Shown here: one piece after another, positions 55,010 to 64,000 of the stretch
Layout of the letters: each line of letters opens with the position of its first letter
Numbering within the stretch: position 1 is the first letter of the stretch
Assembly: GCA_964016885.1 (NCBI GenBank)
Contig: OZ024743.1
Span: 156,612,001-156,676,000 of the forward strand
From: Eledone cirrhosa
Taxonomy: Eukaryota
Length of the DNA stretch: 64,000 nucleotides
Reading direction: 5' to 3'
Program-made: the position numbers and the translations under genes
Notes under the pieces: model-generated
The model's database searches: none
What the model was told of the DNA's origin: nothing
What the model saw: the letters and a program-made list of their open reading frames with translations, nothing else

Positions 55010-55780
55010 GGCTACCAAATCATTATCTGGCTGTAGGCGGCTGTGGTTAGAGTTCATCTACCTAACTTTGCATGTCGTTTGAGCCCTCCTGCTGATCTAC
55101 ACTCTTCCACATGCTTGGCAGGCATGATGAGTAGCATCTCCAATATCAACTGCTAGTCAACCACTGGTCTCAATGTATGACTGCAAAGATGACTTTCGAG
55201 TCCACCTTTGCTGAGGCAGAGTCTCGCACAGATGCTGTATGCAGCGCCACAGGATGATCTTCGCTGCCTGGAAATGCAACACCAATACCCTTCCTCACAT
55301 CACTATTTACTTTCTCGTATGGGATTCGAGATGACTGAAAGGCAGATTTCCCCCCGTGTACAATCTTTCTCCATTTATTACAATCAGAAACTACGCTTTC
55401 CCATGTATCAGGAAAGATTTTAGCGTCTTTCAAGGAGGCTTCAACGAATCCTTATACCTCTTTGTTGGTATATGTGGAGGTCGCTTTCTTTTAACTAACT
55501 CTCTATAAAAGAGTTGTTTCGGTATTCTAGAATCCTTCATCCTTGCAAGGTGACCACTCCATCGGAGTCGTTGCATAAGAACAAGAGTTTCTATACTGTG
55601 ATACAGAGAGCTTTCCAAACTCTCGACGTCACTGATGTGATCCCTCCAGTGAACGAGATGGATCCGTCTGAGACACATTTGATGGAAACGCTCCAATTGT
55701 GTAAGGTGGTGTCGATATGTGAAACAGGTCTCGCAGGCATAAATATGAGAAGAGAGATCTGCGTCACATACATACCTAGT
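55010..55780 (-). mobile_element. RTE-clade LINE 3' fragment
   Basis: YACET..QLERFHQMCLRRI..W.D.IS..RLRWSGHLARM.D.RIPKQLFY.EL..KRYKD.LK. Confidence 0.8.
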
Positions 55781-56699
55781 CAACGCGATCAGTCGCATAT
55801 TTTGGCATGGGAGACTATTTTGTAAGTATAAGATGAATACTATCTCCGACAGTAATGCCACAACTACAGTCATGTTGAATAACTGGATATTCTTCTAACT
55901 TTTGTCTAACGGAAGACACCTTTTATACGAATTATTAAAGATATCCGACTAAATACATAATTCATTTTACAATGATTTGCTACAAACAACATGGTTGAAC
56001 ACAACATCAACAACAACAACATTAAGTATGTACCGAAGAAAAACAACTAGAACTGTAAACAACACTTATTCAGCTGTAGCTACAGAAGAAACCGAAATTA
56101 TAAATCGCATTTCTCTTGGAGTTGCGAACTTAATGATGATTTATTTACTTGTTATAACATGGCAAAAAACAATCCCTCCATTGGATATATGAACAGAATG
56201 AAGCTACACTGGGATGAAATAAACCCAGAGCTAAATCACTTCACAGCGAAAAAATACGCCAGCCAGCGACGTTTGTTGAACGTAAAAATAAGATAAATAT
56301 TATTAATTGTAAGTCCCCCACAACAAACATGGGACCAACAACACGTGCTACGGGTCGCCATGCTACTAGAATTCCTAGCAGCTATGTCGAACAGTGCCTT
56401 GAAAAAACTATGCCTGTAAGAAACTTGACACCACGTGTACCCTCTAAGTCTACCTCGAATGCTGGGGAAAACACTATCTATAATAATAATAATCGAAGAA
56501 ATTTGACACCACGTGTACCATACGAGTCTACCTCGCCTTAGGCGATATAGCGATCTCTTTCTCTCTCTCTTAGTCTTTCTCTTGTTAGATAGATACATAG
56601 ATACATAGATATAACGTCGTGCCTCTATAATATATGTCGGTATGCCTGAATGTCTGCATTACGTCATTATGACGCGATCAGTGTGTGTTTATATATATA

Positions 56700-59065
56700 T
56701 TTATATACTGTATCATCCCCCATTCCTCCAAGCGAAACCTACAGCACTTGCAGCACCACTAACAAACGGAAGAGGGGCTGGAACTGTTTGGGGTGGGGCT
56801 GCTTCCACCACCTCACCTGCGTTGGCACACCACCAGATGGGCCTCGCTGGTGAACATCGCTCGACTCAGACGGCTCGGGAAGATCCCACTCAAGATCCTG
56901 AGAGCGGCACGGGTGCCGGTAGCCGAAGCCCTTGCTTCCTCGATTGAGAGCGCCGTGGACTCCAGTCGAGCCAGTGACTGGGAGCGGCTGTTCTATTTTG
57001 ACCCACTCGCCCTCGGCCTCCCTAGCTCTAGCGTTGACCGGAGCGGCCGCTCAACAGCAGCCTTCGTCAAGGCCAATGTCGCGTCCTTTGGGCGATCGCC
57101 CATTCCAAGCGTGCACAGGGACCCCACACACCCCTCCCTCAGGTACCCCCTATCATCAACCCCCGAGGCCAGCGCCAGGCGTTTGCGTGACCAGGTAAAC
57201 GCCACGCTTATCATGGGTAATGTCTCGGCCGCAGTCAGAGTTGTTTCCTCAGAGGACACTGTCCTCCAAAAGCTGCCCATCGGAACCGGCATCCAGGGAC
57301 TCCAGGCACCTTATTGTCAAGCTTGACATGAGGAATGCCTTCAACTCTTTACGCCGGGATCATCTGCTGGAGGCATGCCTCAGCCGAGCCCCCTCTGCCT
57401 ACCCGCTGGCCTACTTGTCATATGGAGCCCCGAGCATGCTCCTAGCTGCTGATACGGTCATATGCTCAGCTACTGGGGTCCAACAGAGCGACCCTTTGGG
57501 ACCTCTCCTCTTCGCCCTTGGTACTGACCACATCGCTCGGTGGATTACGGCCCATCTCAACGTTTGGTATCTGGAAGATGTTACGTTGGGTGGGCCCGTA
57601 TGGACGCTCTACCATGACCTTCAATCGGTGGGTCCTGCCCTGGCGGGAATCGGCCTCCAGGTCAACTCGGCCAAGTCGGAGGTGGTGAATGTCACCCTCG
57701 ATGCTGCGACCTTTGAAGCCTCCGTCTTGGACGTGCGGTCCATTCTCCGCCAGGTTCAGCTTACCCCCAAAGTGGATGTTCTCATCCTCGGATCACCGAT
57801 CAAACCGCCGACCACCAGCTCCAACATCAGGTCCATGCTTCAACAGATCCAGACTCTCACGAACCGACTGGGTTTGATTGACGGACACCTAGGTCTTTTT
57901 CTGCTGAGGAACTGCTTCGCCATGCCGAAGCTCCTCTATACACTCCGCAGCGCGCCGTGCTACACCCAGACATCTCTCCTCGCTGACCTCGATACTTGTA
58001 TCCGAGCAGCAGCCGAGGAGATATGCAACGTCAAGTTTAACGACATAGGGTGGCAACAGGCCACTTTACCTGTCAGGTATGGCATTCTTGGCCTCCGGTC
58101 CTCAATCTCACCAGCTTAGCCGGAGTATCTTTCGTCGGTAACATCGTGCCGCGTCCTCGTCAGCAGGGTTCTTCAAAACACAACGGAACCCTCTGTGTTC
58201 AGAGAACGTGAGGCCGACTGTGAGACGTGGGACCGGCTGGGACTTAGCCCAGTAGACGTCCCTCCTCCTTCTCCCCCCGTTGACGTCAATTCACCCCAAC
58301 GCACGTGGTATGCCATGCAGTGCAGCCTAGCTTCAGATAGGCTCACGCCCAGCTCGACCAGCACCGCTTTGCTTGTTATCGTGCGGCCTCCAAACCCTAC
58401 AGTGGTGCCTGGCTCTATGTCCTGCCCTCCTTCTCCACTTGCACGCAGCTAGACAAACATATCCTGCGCATCGGTGTTTCCCGAACCTCGGCCTCCGGAT
58501 CTGACAGCCAGACCAATATCGCTGCGGTACCACCGTGGACTCTTTCGGTCTCGGCCCGCTTTCTCGTCGTCACAAGCCGGCCGTATTCCACGCCATGCTG
58601 CTCTCAACGAGGTCATTAAGCATGGCTTTGACGCTGCAGGCTTCCCTTCCCAGCTCGAGCCGGTGGGGTTGGATCGAGGGTACGGCAAAAGGCCATATGA
58701 CATGACCATCTTCCCGTTCCGCGGTGGCAAAACTCTCGTCTAGGATACCACTTGCACCGACACCTTCTGCAGCCGCAACCCGGTGCATTCTGTAACTGAC
58801 CCAGGTTCTGCAGCACGTCGGGCTGAGGGGGCCAATCTTCTCAAATACCGGTTGTACTCTTGGCAGTGGAGACTTCTGGTGTCCTCGCTCCCAGGGCTAC
58901 CTCCTTACTCACAACCATAGGCGCTGAGCTGGTCAGCCGCAGGTGTGAGCCCCGCGAGTTGGAGTGGCTTTTACAGCGCGTCTCCCTTGCCGTCTTCCGA
59001 GGAAACGCCTTCTCTATTCTGTCCGCCGAGGCTGTGGGTGGGCCCCATCGCGTACCATTGTAGTT
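56700..59065 (+). mobile_element. CRE-clade RLE non-LTR retrotransposon, internally deleted and degenerate
   Basis: VKLDMRNAFNSLRR, GVQQSDPLGPLLF, WYLEDVTL, WQQATLPVRYG.LG, RHAALN, KRP.DMTIFPF.GGKTLV(W)D, AVETSGV; GC-rich. Confidence 0.85.
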
Positions 59066-59204
59066 GTTGTATACAGATATTAACTCATCAATCCCATTCT
59101 CCTAAGACTTATGACTGGATAGAGTAAGAATGGCAGTTATAAAGATTTCTATCCGACGTTCTAAGGACTCTGACAATTCTACACAGCCTTTATTTCTATA
59201 CAGT

Positions 59205-59975
59205 TATCTTAGCTTTTTTCCGTTTATTGCCAGGGAGTGTCTCCACGAACCAAAGTATCGTCTTCGTGTTTGTATATATATATATATTCTTATGCCAGGG
59301 AACATCTTCAGGAACCAATTGTATCGTCTTCCCGTTTTCTTTCGGTTGCAACCTTTTTATGAAATATTTCCATCTGCGTTCGCAGATTGATTTTTTAGTT
59401 TCAGATTATCCCGTGAACTTTGAAAGCAGCGATGCTTTCCTTAAACTTTAATATGTTATTTTTGATATAGATATTCGTGTACAGATATTTATGCAAAAAC
59501 AAAATATAAACAAACAAGGTTGGCGATTATATAATCACAAGCATCACTGACAGATATTTTTGCATACAGAAAAGCAAAATATAAACAAACAAGGCCAACG
59601 ATTACATCAGTTAGTTTTAGTGTACTTCCTTCTGCTTTTAGGTAGAAGATCCCGTTAAGGGTGAAAGCAGCGACTCTTTGCTTATGTTATTTTATGTTAT
59701 ACACAAAAACAAAATATAAACAAACATCGCCAACAGTGAGTGTTAGTGTACTTCATACCTCTTTTAAGTTGAAGATCCCGTTAAGGGTGAAAGCAGCGAT
59801 GTTTTGCTTAAACTTTAATCTATTATTTGAATATATATATATATATATAATTATATATTCCTGTACAGATATTTTTGCATACACAATAAAAAAAATATAA
59901 ACAAACGTATTTATTTCACGAGGCCCGATAAGGATAAATATATATCAAATATATATGAACCCTAGAGCAAATCCC
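59205..59975 (+). mobile_element. Degenerate, rearranged Naiad pLTR pieces with three HHR-like segments and an inverted extension
   Basis: gaagatcccgttaagggtgaaagcagcga at ~59646 and ~59771, and a decayed copy at ~59400. 59924-59971 matches 21477-21523. Confidence 0.75.
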
Positions 59976-60009
59976 GAACAACGCCGGGCCATTCTGCTAG
60001 TATATAACT

Positions 60010-62760
60010 AAAAAAATAATAAAAGATTGCTGAACTACCTAAAACCATAGGATATGTGACAATGCTGCTTACATGCAAACAAACACAAACAAACCTCACT
60101 CCTCACCAACAAAGAGTGAAAAATAAAATAGAGACGATGTTTGGTAACAGTAGAACCAGAACTATTCAATATAAGCTGATCACCCTCAAACAAGAATTGA
60201 GAGCTGTTAGCGTAAAACGCCGATACCTGAAGAAGGTAGATGAAAGAAAATTGTCTAATAAAAGAAACCAAACATCAGTCTATAGAGATATGAAGGGCAA
60301 AATAATAAGTGTCACTGAGGCCCCATCCCAGAACGACATAGATTCCTTTTGGAGAAAAATATGGGGTGAAAAGAAAAATTTCCACTAAGATGCAGTGTGG
60401 CTAAAATAAATCCGAAAGAACTATTGCTCCTACACTACAACAAAAGCATACGAAATAAGTGAGAGTACCCTTGAGACTGTGATAGGAAAACTCCAAGATA
60501 AGAAAACACCAGGAAGAGACATGATTGTCACAAAACTGATATTCTATTGGAGGTATCTTACTGACCTCTACCAACAAGTTCTTTAGGGAGAAACACTTAT
60601 ACCAGAATGGTTGACATTAGCAAAGACACCCACTTGGCAAAAAAATACCGACCCATTGTATGCCAGAACCTGATGTATATGATTTATACAGCTTGCCTGA
60701 ACCTATTCCTCCAAGATCACTGTGAAAATAATAACATCATCGCAGATGAACAAGCAGTTGGAAAGAAAGGGGTTTGGAGATGTGCTGAACAACTCCTAAT
60801 CAACAAAACTGCGATGTCAGAGGTGCGACAACTTAGGAGGAATATTTCAACAGTCTGGCTGAACTACAGGAAAGCTTTCGATTCTGTCCCCCATTCCTGG
60901 ATGATAGTGGCCCTCCAACTTGCTAAAGTCCCATGCATTATTGTCAGAGCCATAGAGAAGCTGTCTTCTTCTTGGGCTACTATCCCAAGGTTAAAGACAC
61001 AGAAGGATGACTCTATTTTCACTGATAAAATAAAATATCACAGGGGTATATTCAAGGGAGAGAGTCTCTCTGTGATAGTATTCATCCTGTCATTACACTC
61101 CTTGTCTTTTTGGCTCAAGATATGTAACGGATACATAATTGGCTCACAGGAGGATAGAAATGCGAACATAACCCATAATTTATTTGTGGATGATCTGAAA
61201 GTATATGCCAAGAACATGGATGTGATGACGAAAAATCTTGACCTGGTTACAGCGTTCTCAAAGGATATAGGAATGGAGTTTGGCGAATATAAATGCTCAT
61301 ATATAAAGCGGGGAAAAATAACAACCCAATCTAGCAACATTGTCATTAATGGCCTAACTATTTCATGGATATCTGATGAGGACTGCTACAAATACCTGGG
61401 GATATATGAGAACATATCCTATAATGGTATATGTAATAAGGTACGTGTAACCAGGGAATACTACACCCGATTAAGAACTATTTCGTAATCGGAACTCTCT
61501 GCGCAAAACAAAACAGTGGCTCACAATCTATTTGCTGTGCCTGTCCTAACACCAACGTTTGGAATACTCAATTCGACGATAAACGAAATCCGAGCAGTTG
61601 AGGTTAGAACTCTAAAAATACTAAACAACACCGGAAACTTCCACAGCAACAGTGACATAGACCGCCTTTACTTGAAACGTAAGCAGGGAGGCAGAGGCCT
61701 AACATCAGTCCAGACAACATTTGAATGTCGCATCATATCTCTCCGACAACATTTACGAATCTCGAAGCGTAGGAGCCCGTCTCTCGAGAAAGAAACAGTT
61801 AAGATCATGAGAGCATGAGACAGGTAAGATCATGAGAGTTGGAAAGAAACTCCTCGAGAGTTATTCCCTGTGTGATAATCAAAAACTCACACCCAGGGAT
61901 GTCGCTCAGAAGTATCGCAGTGAATCCATGCATGAAAAACGGCATGCTTATCAGCAAAAAATCATGCATGATTATGTTGCCAGGAAGCTCCAAAATGATA
62001 GGTAAAGTAGTCTATCTTAGACCAACAACCGCTATATTGGCTCCCACTTTGAAGGATACGCTTTTTCAATTCAAGAACAGGAAATTAACACGAAATACCT
62101 CATTCACAAAACAGATAGGGATGCAGTCAAAACACCTAGATGTGATAATAAGTGCTGACTCTGCAGAATTAACATCAAAGATGTCACGCATATCATCAGC
62201 AGCTGTCCAAATATGTCATCGTGGTACGATCTACCTATGAGGCATGATGCAGTGGGCAAACGACTGTACAGTGCAATCCCTAGAAAAGATAGCCCCGATA
62301 ATAAACACTTAAGAATCTACAGCAATGTGGAAGACATCCATATACATAATATGAAAGAGTACTGATGGAATGTTCCAGTAAAATCCCCAATAAAATGCAG
62401 GCATAACAGACCATATATTATGATATGGGACAGGGAGAAGAAAGCATGCACAGTAGTGGAAGTTAGCTGCCCAGCAGTTGCCAATATACTATCAAAGATT
62501 AGCGAAAAGAAGAATATTTATGCAGAACTGATGATAAATCTGCAGATACTCCACCCTCATTACACCTTTAGATTTATGCCTGTGATTATTGGGGCACTTG
62601 AGTATGTTAGTAACTGCGGCAATACAAATCTTGAGAAACTAAGCTTAACAGGAACTGAAAGAACACAACGTGTTAGGAAATTATAAGTACAATCCATTAA
62701 TGGAAGAATAAAATTATGTAAAAACGTTCCAAATATTTTGCATTTAATCACATGTACAGA
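60010..62760 (+). mobile_element. R4/Dong-like RLE LINE family C, degenerate
   Basis: KYRPIVC, WLNYRKAFDSVPH, GIFKGESLS, LFVDDLK, YKYLG, DIDRLYLKRKQGGRGL, HNRP..WDREKK..VEVSCP. Confidence 0.85.
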
Positions 62761-63289
62761 TACAAAGCATATACACATACACACACAACTCAAAACATAC
62801 ATATCCACACATACAATAACATCCATATCTACACATGCATGCAGGCATGCATACATAATCTACCTAGTCGATGTCCTGTAAATTCCAATGACAGCGTCTT
62901 GCATCTATGTTAGCAACCGATTCTCTCTCTATTGGTAAGAATTTGAGAAATTATAAAACCAGAAGTATATACATACATGTATTCCTATATACTTACAAAA
63001 AAAAACGACACAGATCTGGGATGTATTCGAGACCAAGCAAGCTGAGGAAAAGTTTGGGTTTTCCTCTGGATGCATCAGAGCTGACCAAATATACATACAG
63101 TGGACAATCTCTGAGAAACCATGGAATTCACGCTAAGAGGCATGTGATTTTGTTCTACGGAACTTCATATGGAAGGTTCTGCAGCTTTATGGCATCCATA
63201 CATCTTGTTGACCTGATGTTTCTATAAGAAGTCCCTAAAATTTGTATTCGGATAAATGGCGTAAATCGAAACCATTCAATGTGGGTGAT

Positions 63290-63545
63290 GCAGTCGGCCA
63301 GGGCTAATTTCTATCACCTTTACTTTTCATAATATTTATAGAGGGGATTGGCAGGCGCAGCCATGCTGGAAATGGTGTCTAGTAGGGTCAGTCTTCTTGA
63401 ATTTGCAGACGACATAGTACTACTCAAATCACCAATAGTTAATATCTGACATGGACCTGATGAGGCTGTTGCCCAGTGCTGCATAGCAGGAATGAGAAAC
63501 AAGAGAGTGAATACTGAAATATACATCATCTCCAGGAAGCCTACG
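63290..63545 (+). mobile_element. Highly decayed LINE RT fragment
   Basis: LEFADDIVLL encoded at about 63397-63426. Confidence 0.4.
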
Positions 63546-63700
63546 CAGTTCTCTTTACATGAAGAAAAAGAAAGTGAACTGATATGTCACCATATCCATA
63601 TGTTTCATCAGTTGTTTTCTTATCCAAACACACGTATGCACCTGCTCACAAACATACATGCATGCACTCATACCTACACACACACACACATACACACATT

Positions 63701-63785
<85 letters not shown>

Positions 63786-64000
63786 GGATTTAAATGGATA
63801 CATTTCAGTATAAGGAATTTATTGACATATGTTTCAATAACAGTTATATAACCTGAATACAGCTGCTAACTACAAAGTATTAATTATGCAGACACTCAAT
63901 ATTTCAATGTTTTTTTCAACTACCATTTCATCAGAATAATATCATTGAGAACATGTTTGGTTTTTATAGAGAATATTAAGAGCGAGGAGTGAATTCTTTA

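Overview
Eukaryotic, AT-rich, microsatellite-dense DNA made almost entirely of transposable elements. The SINE and repeat content resembles an octopus/cephalopod genome (inference). No intact host gene is evident. Non-LTR retrotransposons present: a decayed Tx1/L1-type LINE, three families of R4/Dong-like RLE-endonuclease LINEs (family A delimited by (TAA)n), a CRE-type element and RTE fragments. There are tRNA-derived SINEs and many Penelope-like elements (PLEs; RT + GIY-YIG), including a near-complete Naiad-like (YRDD) copy. The most notable layer is non-coding: hammerhead-ribozyme (HHR) RNA modules from several unrelated families. (i) An array of about 7.8 apparently identical 310-bp units carries 8 canonical type I HHRs, an internal inversion and a 15-bp target-site duplication (retrozyme-like). 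(ii) A circularly permuted 559-bp HHR element. (iii) A ~420-bp rod-like element with an HHR-like core around a ~180-nt stem II. (iv) Two related HHRs with covarying stems. (v) A 430-bp tandem repeat with decayed HHRs. (vi) A family-fixed CAGAAGA core variant in the Naiad pLTR. Many of these insertions share a back-to-back geometry with both 3' ends pointing outward. All folds and alignments were read by eye and need computational confirmation.
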